Assembly: GCA_002070375.1 (NCBI GenBank)
Contig: MWDD01000007.1
Coordinates: forward strand, 12,985 to 76,984
Reading direction: 5' to 3'
Length of the DNA: 64,000 nucleotides
Origin: a bacterium ADurb.Bin157
GTDB taxonomy: Bacteria > Muiribacteriota > Ozemobacteria > Ozemobacterales > Ozemobacteraceae
The first letter of the stretch is position 1, and every line of letters begins with the position of its first letter. A model generated the notes under the pieces. That model was not told where the DNA came from. It made no database searches and saw only the letters and a program-made list of their open reading frames with translations. Below are positions 1-9,791 of this stretch, one piece after another. Position numbers and translations under genes: made by a program.

Positions 1-784
1 TAGTAGAAGGAATCTCAACTTTTATCAAACGAGCGGTCTTTTGAAATATACCTAATCGGTCATATTCTTTTTGATCATCCCACTTCTCTAGGTTGATTAT
101 CATATCGACCGACTTCTCATCTGCTGTGGCTGCAATACCAAAAAGAGACCTGATGTCAATTATACCCAAACCTCGAATCTCCATGTGGTGACGAATCATG
201 TCGTCGGGAGAACCCAATATTTTTGAATCGCTTATCTTCATTAGCTGAACAGCATCGTCCGCAACCAATCGATGACCGCGTTTGACCAATTCCAGCGCGC
301 ACTCACTTTTGCCTATTCCCGACGGCCCCATAATCAAAATTCCGACACCGTATACTTCGACAAAAACTCCGTGAACGCTTTTTCGAGGTGCAAAACGATT
401 GTGCAAATAACTGGAAAGCTGATAAACAAACTCTCCGGCCCTAACGGCAGTGCGAAGCAAAGAAATGTTTTTCTTTTCGCAAAGCTCAACCAGATCGTCA
501 GAAACAAGCAGATCATCTGTGATGATGATGCAGGGAATATTAAAAAACAATAGTTGGCGTAATCGTACTTTACGAGTTTCGCCACTTTGCTCGCCCAAAT
601 AAGCTAACTCGGTTCGACCCAACAGAATTACCCGCTCATAACCAAAATGTTCAAAAAAGCCCGCTAATTCCAGTCCCGGTCTGTGAACCTCTGCCGATAT
701 TATTTTGCGATCGAGACCGTCTCTTCCGGCAAGAATTGTCAAATCTTGGTCTTGAACGATTTCTCTAACCAATACTAAAGTCAT
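1..784 (-). CDS. hprK: HPr kinase/phosphorylase (N-terminal about 260 aa; the C-terminus runs off the window start)
   Basis: Hand translation of the reverse strand from ATG at 784..782 (shares ATGA with the lgt stop) gives ...GVGILIMGPSGIGKSECALEL... (P-loop) and ...HHMEIRGLGIIDIRSLFG..., the HprK/P signature. It is missing from the ORF track because the ORF is open at the window edge. The + and - ORFs at 272..585 are antisense or out-of-frame artefacts. Confidence 0.8.
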   Translation of the reverse strand, partial: MTLVLVREIVQDQDLTILAGRDGLDRKIISAEVHRPGLELAGFFEHFGYERVILLGRTELAYLGEQSGETRKVRLRQLLFFNIPCIIITDDLLVSDDLVELCEKKNISLLRTAVRAGEFVYQLSSYLHNRFAPRKSVHGVFVEVYGVGILIMGPSGIGKSECALELVKRGHRLVADDAVQLMKISDSKILGSPDDMIRHHMEIRGLGIIDIRSLFGIAATADEKSVDMIINLEKWDDQKEYDRLGIFQKTARLIKVEIPST

Positions 785-1602
785 TGCAAATGCTCTTTTC
801 TATGTTTTGAGGTTAACAAAATTATTACTCCGGAAATAACAAATAATATTGATACTAACTGACTTGAGCTCATGCCAAAATAATCAAACGGATTAAGCCT
901 TATAAATTCTACGAAAAATCTCGATACGCCAAACCAGGTTAAAAATAGCCCGAATCTGCCGCCCGAACCAATGTTCCATTTACAGAACAAAAGCATCATA
1001 AGTAATACAAAAGTCGATAAAGATTCATAAAGAGGGGTCGGATGAACACTTATATCTGCCGGTAAAAGTTTGCCGGGATTCATCTTCATGTAAAGTTCTG
1101 ACAAAACTTCGTTTGAAGAACTTAATGTCGAAACCACACCGTTCGGAAAAGACATGGCCCATGGCAAATCGCAAGGAATGCCGTAACAACCGTCGCCGGC
1201 CGCAATACAACCCAAACGCCCGATACAATAACCCACGGCCAATCCCGGAGCATATAAATCTGCAAGCTTGAAAAATCCTTCTTCTGACTTGCGTACACGC
1301 CACGCGCATAAACCAAAAGCCATTACATAACCGCCGAGCACGCTAAATCCGGTTGTACTGAAAATCATTGACATAGGATCGCTCATAAAATCTTTGAAGT
1401 TTTCAAGAATAAACATTATTCGTGAGCCGACAAGGCCGCCAAATATAGCCAAAAAATGTAAATCCCATGCCAAATCTATGTCACAGCCGTTTTTTTTGAA
1501 TTGACGATTAACCAGCAAAAAACCGGTCAAAAAAGCCGTGGCTAACAAAATACCGTAACTGCCTATTTTAATTGAACCTATTTGAAATAATATTGGATAC
1601 AT
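781..1602 (-). CDS. lgt: prolipoprotein diacylglyceryl transferase
   Basis: 273-aa polytopic membrane protein MYPILFQIGSIKIGSYGILLATAFL... with GRLGC and the Lgt C-terminal region; its stop overlaps the hprK start. Confidence 0.88.
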   Translation of the reverse strand: MYPILFQIGSIKIGSYGILLATAFLTGFLLVNRQFKKNGCDIDLAWDLHFLAIFGGLVGSRIMFILENFKDFMSDPMSMIFSTTGFSVLGGYVMAFGLCAWRVRKSEEGFFKLADLYAPGLAVGYCIGRLGCIAAGDGCYGIPCDLPWAMSFPNGVVSTLSSSNEVLSELYMKMNPGKLLPADISVHPTPLYESLSTFVLLMMLLFCKWNIGSGGRFGLFLTWFGVSRFFVEFIRLNPFDYFGMSSSQLVSILFVISGVIILLTSKHRKEHLQ

Positions 1603-1671
1603 GCGCTAAAAGTATCACAACCCCATAAAACTTACAATTATATTTCAACCCTTATTGCCAAAGATTTAATC

Positions 1672-2862
1672 ATGAATTATCATTTCCCTATGAGCGATAT
1701 TAAAGCAAACAAATTTTTCTTAATAAAAACCGCCTTTTTCTCATTTTTAATTATTGTTTTAGCTTTGACTGTTTTAACCCTTTACCCCGAAGGACTAATT
1801 AAAATGATAAGCAATACTGATAAACCATCAGTATTATACGAAGATTATGTCGCTTATTATTACCCTTCCGCAAGGGGTATTTTCACTGATAAACCAATAT
1901 TAGAAGGCTTCTTTTATACTCCGACTTGCGCACTGCTCATAAACACCCTGACAACATCCGATATTCGAGAATCATTGACATACTGGCATGCGTTCCAACT
2001 TCTGACGCTTTTATTACTTATTTTTATTCCGGCTGTTTATTTGGCAAAAAAAACACAAAAAATGTCCGCTTATTATACTTATATTACTCTAATGATGTTC
2101 TCTTTTCCCGTATATCACAATTTAAAATGGGGACAACTAAGCATATTCATAACTTTTTGCGCATTTTATTCAATTTTTCTGTTTGAAAAAAAACATGAAT
2201 GGCTCTCGGCACTATTTTTAACAGTCGCAATTTTATGCAAATACTACGCCGCTATTGCACTAATTTATTATCTTGCTCAAAAAAAATACCTATATCTTTC
2301 AAAAGTAATTGTGATGCTAATTGTTTTAGGTTTGATCTTACCGATATACATACTTGGCATTGATAAAACTTTTTTAATATTTAAAGCTGTATTTGACGAA
2401 ATCACCTACGCCTCTGACTGGGTAACTTACTCAATAAACTCTCACTACCTGCCGAACACAATCATAAGACTGACGGGCATAGAAGCCTCAGGCGCGGCGC
2501 GAGGAATACTTTCAATTTTATCTTTGTCTGTTTGTTTCGCATTCTTTTTCAAGTATTTCAGGCAAAAAAACGACAATAACTTCTGCCCCTTTACAGCGGC
2601 TGCAACATTTTTACTTATACCGCTCTTTTTTAACACTTCATGGCCACACTATTTCGTCTATTTACCCTTCTTGATTGTGGCCGCACTATATAAAACAAAC
2701 TCTAAAACCGCTAAAACAACCCTATTTATCGCTGCAATACTGCAAACACCTTTAATTTTTGCAGCCAAAAACTACGTTTTCTTCGGGTTTTATGCTTTTT
2801 TGCTATGGGCAAATCTTTTAATTCTATTGCTGCACTTCAACCACAAAACTGTGCAAAGTTGA
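1672..2862 (+). CDS. polytopic integral membrane protein, possibly a GT-C/DUF2029-like glycosyltransferase; function unknown
   Basis: 396 aa with at least 10 predicted hydrophobic helices; ATG start. Its 3' end overlaps the convergent lysC stop by about 39 nt. Confidence 0.55.
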   Translation: MNYHFPMSDIKANKFFLIKTAFFSFLIIVLALTVLTLYPEGLIKMISNTDKPSVLYEDYVAYYYPSARGIFTDKPILEGFFYTPTCALLINTLTTSDIRESLTYWHAFQLLTLLLLIFIPAVYLAKKTQKMSAYYTYITLMMFSFPVYHNLKWGQLSIFITFCAFYSIFLFEKKHEWLSALFLTVAILCKYYAAIALIYYLAQKKYLYLSKVIVMLIVLGLILPIYILGIDKTFLIFKAVFDEITYASDWVTYSINSHYLPNTIIRLTGIEASGAARGILSILSLSVCFAFFFKYFRQKNDNNFCPFTAAATFLLIPLFFNTSWPHYFVYLPFLIVAALYKTNSKTAKTTLFIAAILQTPLIFAAKNYVFFGFYAFLLWANLLILLLHFNHKTVQS

Positions 2863-3828
2863 AATCGCGCTCAAAGCAAAATTCGAATCAACCAAAATCT
2901 CTAATCTTATACCAAAATGATTAACTTGCTTAACCCACTCGCCGGCAGACGCTGCTATCAGTTTTTGAACTAATGCCGAATCTTCTGCAAGCCCGCTGCC
3001 AACAACACTTATCGCAGTTGTATCGTTGTCTCGCTTTTTAAGAGTAATACTTTTTATGGGAATAAGACGATCGCCGTCCGGTCCTATAACGCTGCCTTCT
3101 TCTTTACTGAAGCTTGAGCGAACATGAATTCTTATTTCCGATTCTTTTGCGGTAGAAATAGCACGCGGGTGCAATATACCGTTACCTGACCTTGCAAGCT
3201 CAAGCATTTCTGAATAATTCAAATGCCAAACCTTTGAAGCATCAGGCAATATTCGCGGGTCGGCTGTATAAATTCCGTCTTCGTCTGTATATTTTTCACA
3301 AACCTTCTGACCGAGTGCGCGTGCCATGACAACAGCTGTCAAATCAGAGCCGCCCCTTCCCAGAGTAGTAAAGTCTCCTTCTCGGGTAATACCCTGAAAA
3401 CCGGCAACAACAGCAACATTACCCTTTTCGCCGTTACGTAAAAAATCACACAGCTCTTGTTTGCGCCCTATATCAACAATATTATAATCTTCGCCCTGCA
3501 GTTCGGTGTAAAGCCCCAGATTAAAAGCGTTGTAAGACTTGGCCTTGATACCCAGATCAGAAAGTGCGCATGCCATTAAAGAAGCGCTTACTATTTCGCC
3601 GGTGGCCATTACGGAATCTAACTCGCGCCTCGACGGATTCGAAGTTATACTGCCCATAAGCGAAATCAAATCATCGGTTGTGTCGCCCATAGCAGAAACA
3701 ACAACAACCATGGGATACCCTTTAAAAGCTCTTTTGGCTATTCTTGCGGCAGCTTTTCTTATGCGCTCTGCAGAACCCATAGATGATCCGCCATACTTTT
3801 GGATAAGGACCTCGCCGTTAGCAAACAT
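2824..3828 (-). CDS. lysC: aspartate kinase (short form with a single C-terminal ACT domain)
   Basis: IQKYGGSSMGS...VVVSAMGDTTDDL...ILHPRAISTAKESEIRIHVRSSF are classic aspartokinase motifs; 334 aa. Confidence 0.85.
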   Translation of the reverse strand: MFANGEVLIQKYGGSSMGSAERIRKAAARIAKRAFKGYPMVVVVSAMGDTTDDLISLMGSITSNPSRRELDSVMATGEIVSASLMACALSDLGIKAKSYNAFNLGLYTELQGEDYNIVDIGRKQELCDFLRNGEKGNVAVVAGFQGITREGDFTTLGRGGSDLTAVVMARALGQKVCEKYTDEDGIYTADPRILPDASKVWHLNYSEMLELARSGNGILHPRAISTAKESEIRIHVRSSFSKEEGSVIGPDGDRLIPIKSITLKKRDNDTTAISVVGSGLAEDSALVQKLIAASAGEWVKQVNHFGIRLEILVDSNFALSAISTLHSFVVEVQQ

Positions 3829-3848
3829 GGTGATTCTTGCCGTTACTG

Positions 3849-5027
3849 TTAAGCACGATTGATATACCTAAAATATGACTTCACAACCGAACCTTTTATA
3901 TTCGCCGAAACTTCTGAAACCAAACTGCTCAAATGCTTTCGCGTTGTGCTTTGAGCAACCGCAACCACAGTAAAGTTACCGTTATTGTCTATTGGTTCCG
4001 AAATTATATTTACCTGCAAAAGATTGATTTTAAACTCGTCAAAACACCTCAAAACAGAAGACAAAACAGAAGTTATATTCTTTAACTCAAAACGTATGTA
4101 AAAATTATCCGCAAATTCGCCTAATTCACTTTCATCTAACAAACGCAAATCCTTTTTGCACGAAGACTCGGATAAATCATACAAATCGTATAACATACCA
4201 TTAATACAGCTGTCATTAGACGTGCCGGGACAACCATAAACCTGAGATAAACCATCGTCTGTTTTAACATAAATAATTTCTGAACCGCCCCTCGCCTGAG
4301 CCAATAAATAAGCTTTCGGAATAAGACAAGGTTCAACGGAAGCGTTAAATTTTTCGCCGCTCTTTTCTGCTATTCCAAGTAATCTTATGGAAAACCCAAG
4401 CTCATGCGCAATTTTTACGTCTTCGGAATCTATATTGTTGATGCCTGCGGTATAAATACTCTCAAAGGGAAGCAATACCCCAAAAATTTCGGCCGTTTGT
4501 AAAATAAACCTGTTACGAGAAACTATGCCGTGTAAATTTTTAAAAGGCTTTTCGTCAGAAATTTTTTCCCATTGAGATTCGTAAATAGCTTCTTCCAAAC
4601 TTTTTTTGCCATATTCGACACGAGAAAGTATGTAACTTATAACCGCATCGTTTTGCACAAGCATTTTAACAGGCTTAGAAACCAAATGCTTTGCGCATAC
4701 TATTTTGTTGAAGGAAAAAGTACTTCCGATTGCCCCGCTAAAAAACGTATCCTTGTATTTTCCTTCGTAAAGCCTCGAAACGGCAAACTCAGAATCTGTG
4801 GTTATAACCTGACGATCAATTTTCTCAAGCCTTTTACCGTCGGCAAAATGTAATACTTTTTTGGCATAAGAATAGAATTCTTCTTGCTCTAAGGTTCTCC
4901 AGGGAGCGTCGACACTTTCTTTACCCAATACCGGAAAAGTAATCATATCACGCAAATCAAGCTCTATAAGCCTACTTTGCAAATAATCGCGCCAACGCGG
5001 CAAATTTATATAACCAATATTATTCAA
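3849..5027 (-). CDS. hom: homoserine dehydrogenase homolog (catalytic and ACT domains clear; N-terminal nucleotide-binding region atypical)
   Basis: TAGINNIDSEDVKIAHELGFSIRLLGIA...VEPCLIPKAYLLAQ...VYGCPGTSNDSCINGMLYDL align to the HSD catalytic domain, and the C-terminus is ACT-like. The track start is a TTG immediately after the lpdA stop. No GxGxxG loop is visible. Confidence 0.65.
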   Translation of the reverse strand: MNNIGYINLPRWRDYLQSRLIELDLRDMITFPVLGKESVDAPWRTLEQEEFYSYAKKVLHFADGKRLEKIDRQVITTDSEFAVSRLYEGKYKDTFFSGAIGSTFSFNKIVCAKHLVSKPVKMLVQNDAVISYILSRVEYGKKSLEEAIYESQWEKISDEKPFKNLHGIVSRNRFILQTAEIFGVLLPFESIYTAGINNIDSEDVKIAHELGFSIRLLGIAEKSGEKFNASVEPCLIPKAYLLAQARGGSEIIYVKTDDGLSQVYGCPGTSNDSCINGMLYDLYDLSESSCKKDLRLLDESELGEFADNFYIRFELKNITSVLSSVLRCFDEFKINLLQVNIISEPIDNNGNFTVVAVAQSTTRKHLSSLVSEVSANIKGSVVKSYFRYINRA

Positions 5028-6404
5028 TCAATGAACACCTAAACCTCTTGCATTCTCAACCGCTTCCGAAAATGCCTCTGAAAGAGTGGGATGCGGGTGT
5101 ATCAGCATTCCGTATTCTTCGCAGCTAAGCTTGAATCCGGCCAAAATTGTTGCTTCGTTTATTATGTTACCGGCTTCAGGGCCCCAAATAACAGCACCCA
5201 AAAGTTTGTCATCGGCAGAAAGAAGAACTTTAACCTGGCCTTCGCCTTCGCCGGCCGTAAGAGCTTTGCCGTTTGCAGAAAACATGCTTCGGCCTGTTTT
5301 GTATTCAATGTTTAATTCTTTAAGGTTGTCTTCGTTTTTGCCGACCCATGCTATTTCGGGGTGAGTGTAAACGCAAGACGGAACCAAAGAATAATCGGCT
5401 TTTATTTTTTTGCTGTCTTCGCATTCATTCCACTGGTTTGACAAAATCATGGCATCATAACTTGCCTTATGTGCAAGCATAGGACCTTTTATAGCATCGC
5501 CTAATGCATAAACACCGGGTTCGCTTGTCCGGTAAAAATCATCAACCTTTATTAAGCCGCGTTCTAACTCTAATTCAATATCGCTGCCTTGAGCAAAACT
5601 CATATTAACGCGACGGCCGACTGAAATAAGAACCTTTTCAAATGTTCTTTCCTTACCGTCTATTACAGCTTTTGCACGACCGTCAACTTCTGTAAGAGAT
5701 TCAACCTTTTTGCCCGTTAATATTTCAAGCCCGCCCTTTTTGAAAACAGGAGTCAAACGCTTAGCTACAGCACTGTCAAGACCTGTTAATATTTGAGGCA
5801 ACATTTCAACTATACAAACCTTGCTTCCAAATTCGCAAAATACTTGTCCCAGTTCTGTCCCGATTACACCGCCTCCGACTATAAGAAGGCTTTCAGGAAC
5901 CTTATCCGCGATCAAAGCTTCGTTGCTGGTCCAAAAAATATTGCGGTTTACAGGAAAAACAGGAGGAACAAACGGAACAGAACCAACGCATAAACAAACT
6001 TTGTCTGCTGTTACAGGCTCTTCGTAACCGGATATTTTTACAATTTTGTTTTTATTAAGAACAGCTTTACCTTTAAAAATAGTTACACCTTTATTTTCAA
6101 GCAGTTTTAATATGCCCTGACGAAGTTGCAAAGTTATATCGTTTTTACGCTTTAAAATTTTCTGCCAATCAAAAGACGGATTATCACAAGAAAGACCAAA
6201 CTCAGAAGCTTTTTTAAGTGATCTAAAAGTAGCGGCCGAGGCCAATAAAGATTTTGTCGGTATGCAACCCCAATTTAAACAAGTTCCGCCTAATTCGGAT
6301 TCGCTTTCAACAAGAGCAATTTTTTTGCCTTTTGAAGCTTCTCTCAGGGCTAATGGGTAACCGCCGGGACCGCCGCCGATAACTATAAGATCAAACTTTT
6401 CCAT
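5028..6404 (-). CDS. lpdA: dihydrolipoyl dehydrogenase (E3)
   Basis: MEKFDLIVIGGGPGGYPLAL...GGTCLNWGCIPTK (redox-active disulfide) and the C-terminal HPHPTLSE dimerisation motif. Confidence 0.9.
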   Translation of the reverse strand: MEKFDLIVIGGGPGGYPLALREASKGKKIALVESESELGGTCLNWGCIPTKSLLASAATFRSLKKASEFGLSCDNPSFDWQKILKRKNDITLQLRQGILKLLENKGVTIFKGKAVLNKNKIVKISGYEEPVTADKVCLCVGSVPFVPPVFPVNRNIFWTSNEALIADKVPESLLIVGGGVIGTELGQVFCEFGSKVCIVEMLPQILTGLDSAVAKRLTPVFKKGGLEILTGKKVESLTEVDGRAKAVIDGKERTFEKVLISVGRRVNMSFAQGSDIELELERGLIKVDDFYRTSEPGVYALGDAIKGPMLAHKASYDAMILSNQWNECEDSKKIKADYSLVPSCVYTHPEIAWVGKNEDNLKELNIEYKTGRSMFSANGKALTAGEGEGQVKVLLSADDKLLGAVIWGPEAGNIINEATILAGFKLSCEEYGMLIHPHPTLSEAFSEAVENARGLGVH

Positions 6405-6415
6405 GATTGCTTTCC

Positions 6416-6922
6416 TTATTCAACCAAAATCAAAACAGCGCCTTTTTCTATGGGCTGACCATTTTTACCAAGAATCGAAACGATTTTTCCGGCTTTGTCT
6501 GTTTGAATTTCATTCATCATTTTCATGGCTTCTACTATGCAAATAGTTTGCCCAACAGAAATAAAATCCCCTTCTTTAACAAAAGGCGCCGCACTTGGCG
6601 ATGGTGAAGAATAAAAAGTGCCGGCCATCGGAGCAACAACTTTTTTAAGATTGGCATCAACAGAATCACTCGAAGTCGTTACACTTTTTTGAGCATTGTC
6701 AGAGGAAACTGTTTTTGAAACAGGCGCAGAATCAATAAAATTCACGCTCTTAGATGGCACAACAGGCTCAAATGAAGTATGATAAACGATATCGCCATGT
6801 TTTCTCAGCTTCATGCTAAAAGCTTCTGTTTCAAGCTCTAATTCTGCCAGTTTGTTTTGCCCCATAAACTTGATAATTTCAGTTACTTCATCTACAATTT
6901 TGTTGTTTGTTTCTGTTTGCAT
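6416..6922 (-). CDS. accB: biotin carboxyl carrier protein (AccB-like biotinyl domain protein)
   Basis: C-terminal GQTICIVEAMKMMNEIQTDKAGKIVSI carries the EAMKM biotinylation motif. The likely start is the internal ATG at 6922 (MQTETNNKIVDEVTEIIKFMG...); the track ORF extends to 7063 through non-coding-looking N/K-rich sequence. Confidence 0.7.
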   Translation of the reverse strand: MQTETNNKIVDEVTEIIKFMGQNKLAELELETEAFSMKLRKHGDIVYHTSFEPVVPSKSVNFIDSAPVSKTVSSDNAQKSVTTSSDSVDANLKKVVAPMAGTFYSSPSPSAAPFVKEGDFISVGQTICIVEAMKMMNEIQTDKAGKIVSILGKNGQPIEKGAVLILVE

Positions 6923-7426
6923 TTTGTTGTTTGTTTCCTTAAAGAGTCCCACTGAGTGTTCGTAATTTTGTTTGCAAAGTATAACACGATTGTTTTGAAA
7001 AATAAAGATTTGTCTGTTTTTGTTTGTTTTGTCTTTTGCACAAAGCTTATTATTAATGTACATTAATTATTAATTAATAAAAGATAGCAGTATTAATAGT
7101 ATGCTCGGTGGATATGTGGAAAACTATGTGTACAACCTTTTATGACTGATTTTTCCTATGTGTAAAACCTTGTGCTTAACTTAATATGTTTTCCACAGTT
7201 TATCCACATTTGTTGTTGTTTGTTCATGTTTATGAGTTATTAACAATTTATCCACACTTTTTCCACTTAGTTTTCCACCGGGTTATCAAAACTTTAGTAT
7301 TAAAAAAACTTGCGATTTAAATTTTTGTCTGATATTATTCGACAATCCAACGGCTCAATAAAAGCTTTTTCAAGGTATTTCTTTTGTTTTGCGGTTGTAC
7401 ACTAATTCTAGCGAGGCAATGTACAT
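6923..7426. other. chromosomal replication origin (oriC): DnaA-box cluster plus AT-rich unwinding element, upstream of dnaA
   Basis: Perfect TTATCCACA boxes at 7200-7208 and 7248-7256. Variant boxes are TGTGGAAAA (7123-7131), TTTTCCACA (7190-7198), TTTTCCAC (7258-7265) and TTTTCCACC (7271-7279). An AT-rich stretch at about 7290-7400 lies immediately 5' of dnaA. Confidence 0.8.
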
Positions 7427-8821
7427 ATGATGGCTGTCGAAACTTTGTGGGAAAAAATTACGTCAGAGATAAAAGAAAGCGATAGCGGAACATCAAAATC
7501 AAAATTTGTGACTTTGTTAAATTCAGTCAAGCCTCTCAAAATAGATAACGATGAACTTGTGTTGGAAGCCATGAACTCGTTTTGTATAACTTTGGTTAAG
7601 ACACATTTTGAGGACAAAATAAACAAGGTTTTACAAAAAGAAAAACCGGCATTGAAATTTAAAATGCTTGTTAAAGCAGGAAAATCTGATACGCAAATTC
7701 CCTGTCAACCTGTATTGCCTTCAATGGAAAAACTTGAAAAAGATAAAAAAGAAACCGTAAAACCCGAAACCAAAACACAATCAAAAGCTGACGGAATGTT
7801 TAACAGCAAATATACCTTCGACTCATTCGTTGTCGGTGCAAGTAATAAGTTTGCTCACGCGGTTTGTCAGGCTGTAAGCAAAAATCCCGGAAACTTGCAT
7901 AACCCGGTTTTTATATATGGCGGCGTGGGATTGGGTAAAACTCATTTGATTCAAGCAATTGGGCAAGATTTAATTAAGAACAATTCTAAAGCGAAAATAG
8001 CTTACGTCTCTTCTGAAGTCTTTATAAATGAGTTTATTTATTCTTTAAAAGATAAAAAAACCGAAGCGTTCAGAGAAAAATACAGAAAAATCGACTTGCT
8101 GCTTATAGATGATGTGCAGTTTTTTAAAGGTAAAGAACAAACACAAGAGGAATTTTTTCATACATTTAATGAATTGTTTCAAAAAAAGAAACAAATTGTT
8201 TTAACATCTGATACAGCGCCTGATAAAATTCATGGCATGGAAAACAGATTGTCGTCGAGGTTTGCTATGGGGGTCGTTGTGGATATTCAACCGCCTGACC
8301 TCGAAATGAGAGCGGCAATCTTAAAAAAATACGCAGATCAGGCCATGGTTAACATACCCGACGAGGTTATAATGTATTTAGCTCAAGGGGTTAATTCTCA
8401 TATAAGAGCTCTTGAAGGTGCTTTCAATACCGTTTTGGTTTACGCCGGAGTCGTAAATAAGCCGGTAAGCAAAGATTTGATTGACCAAGTGCTTAAAGAT
8501 CTTGTTAAAGAAAACGCAGACGGTAAAATCAGCATTTCATGGATACAAAAAAGAGTTTGCGAGTTTTATGAAATCTCTGAAGACGAATTAATAGGAAAAA
8601 GACGATCGCAAAATTTAGTTTTACCGAGACAAATTGCAATGAGGCTTTGTCAGCTTTATACGGATTCCTCTCTTAATCAAATCGGAGAAAAATTTGGCGG
8701 CCGTGATCATACAACAGTTATGCATTCTTGCGAAAAAATTAATAAAATGCTTAAAAATGATAAAGCTTTTATAGATGAATTCGAGAGAGTAAAAAGATTT
8801 GTTGATCCTGATAAGCAATAA
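7427..8821 (+). CDS. dnaA: chromosomal replication initiator protein DnaA
   Basis: Walker A GGVGLGKTHL, AAA+ core, and C-terminal DNA-binding signature IGEKFGGRDHTTVMHSCEKI. Confidence 0.95.
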   Translation: MMAVETLWEKITSEIKESDSGTSKSKFVTLLNSVKPLKIDNDELVLEAMNSFCITLVKTHFEDKINKVLQKEKPALKFKMLVKAGKSDTQIPCQPVLPSMEKLEKDKKETVKPETKTQSKADGMFNSKYTFDSFVVGASNKFAHAVCQAVSKNPGNLHNPVFIYGGVGLGKTHLIQAIGQDLIKNNSKAKIAYVSSEVFINEFIYSLKDKKTEAFREKYRKIDLLLIDDVQFFKGKEQTQEEFFHTFNELFQKKKQIVLTSDTAPDKIHGMENRLSSRFAMGVVVDIQPPDLEMRAAILKKYADQAMVNIPDEVIMYLAQGVNSHIRALEGAFNTVLVYAGVVNKPVSKDLIDQVLKDLVKENADGKISISWIQKRVCEFYEISEDELIGKRRSQNLVLPRQIAMRLCQLYTDSSLNQIGEKFGGRDHTTVMHSCEKINKMLKNDKAFIDEFERVKRFVDPDKQ

Positions 8822-8923
8822 AACAGAAGGTAATCTCACTTTTTAAAGGCAAATAGTTGACCTTGTTTAATAAAGTGGCTATTATGTACTTGCGATTATA
8901 CTTTATAGGGTGGAGATTATTAA

Positions 8924-9781
8924 ATGAAAAAGATTATGCTTTTGTGCTTTTCGATTTTTTTGTGCGTATTGAGTTTTTCTGTAGCCAAGGCAGCAGATAT
9001 TAACAACGGTCTAAACGATCAGGTAGTAGTTAGCGGATTTCCTGAAATTACCGGTGAAGCGGTTGACGGGCACATCAGGATTATTGAATTCATTCTCGGA
9101 ACCAGAATGACCCTAAAACAAAAAGAAGTATTTTTTGAAGCCATTAAAAATGAAACAGCTTCAATGGAGCAAGAGGAACGAGAAAATTTTATTGAAGTTA
9201 TTGAACTGGTAAAATCTCTGAATTTGCTTGATGAAGCAGACCAAGAATCTGTCAGAGCCATGCTTGAAAAAGAATATGTTGCCGGCAGTATAGATCTTAA
9301 AGATGACCCTGCGGCAAGACAGTTTTTGATGTTGCAAAACGATTCACAAAGACCGGTTGTGATTCAGGGCAGTTTTAATGTAACAAGACAAGCAATAGAA
9401 GCTTTTGCCGAATATTTAGCTTTTATATCAAGACCCGATAACCCGATTTGGCCAAATGAAAAAGCAATAGACATGATTGAAACAAGAGTAAAAATTGCTT
9501 TTGCATCACTCGAAGAAGAAGAAAGATTAGCTTTAGAAAGTTTTCATTACAGCTGGTATTTAATGAGAGCCTCTTGGCAACATACAAAAGATGTAAACAC
9601 GAAAAATTCATGGAAATCAGATTTTGCATCAGTAGGCCTCAGACCCGGAAACATTCCCGATGTTAAACAAATTAAGAAAGCCTTGTCTACCGATGTCTAC
9701 GCAGATATGCTGGATATGGCTACAAACAACGGTATAGAGCCAATAGAGTGGTCTTCTGATACCAAAGTAAGAGTATGGTAA
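8924..9781 (+). CDS. secreted hypothetical protein
   Basis: N-terminal signal peptide MKKIMLLCFSIFLCVLSFSVAKA; 285 aa; no recognisable catalytic motif. Confidence 0.55.
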   Translation: MKKIMLLCFSIFLCVLSFSVAKAADINNGLNDQVVVSGFPEITGEAVDGHIRIIEFILGTRMTLKQKEVFFEAIKNETASMEQEERENFIEVIELVKSLNLLDEADQESVRAMLEKEYVAGSIDLKDDPAARQFLMLQNDSQRPVVIQGSFNVTRQAIEAFAEYLAFISRPDNPIWPNEKAIDMIETRVKIAFASLEEEERLALESFHYSWYLMRASWQHTKDVNTKNSWKSDFASVGLRPGNIPDVKQIKKALSTDVYADMLDMATNNGIEPIEWSSDTKVRVW

Positions 9782-9791
9782 GGAGAGAATA

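Noticed and set aside
272-585. ORF-track entries 272-553 (+) and 334-585 (-)
   Set aside because: They lie inside the hprK coding region (minus strand, a different frame); hprK itself was not in the track because it is open at the window edge.
5086-6027. Several 66-92-aa + strand ORFs inside lpdA
   Set aside because: They are antisense to a well-supported CDS and have no motifs.
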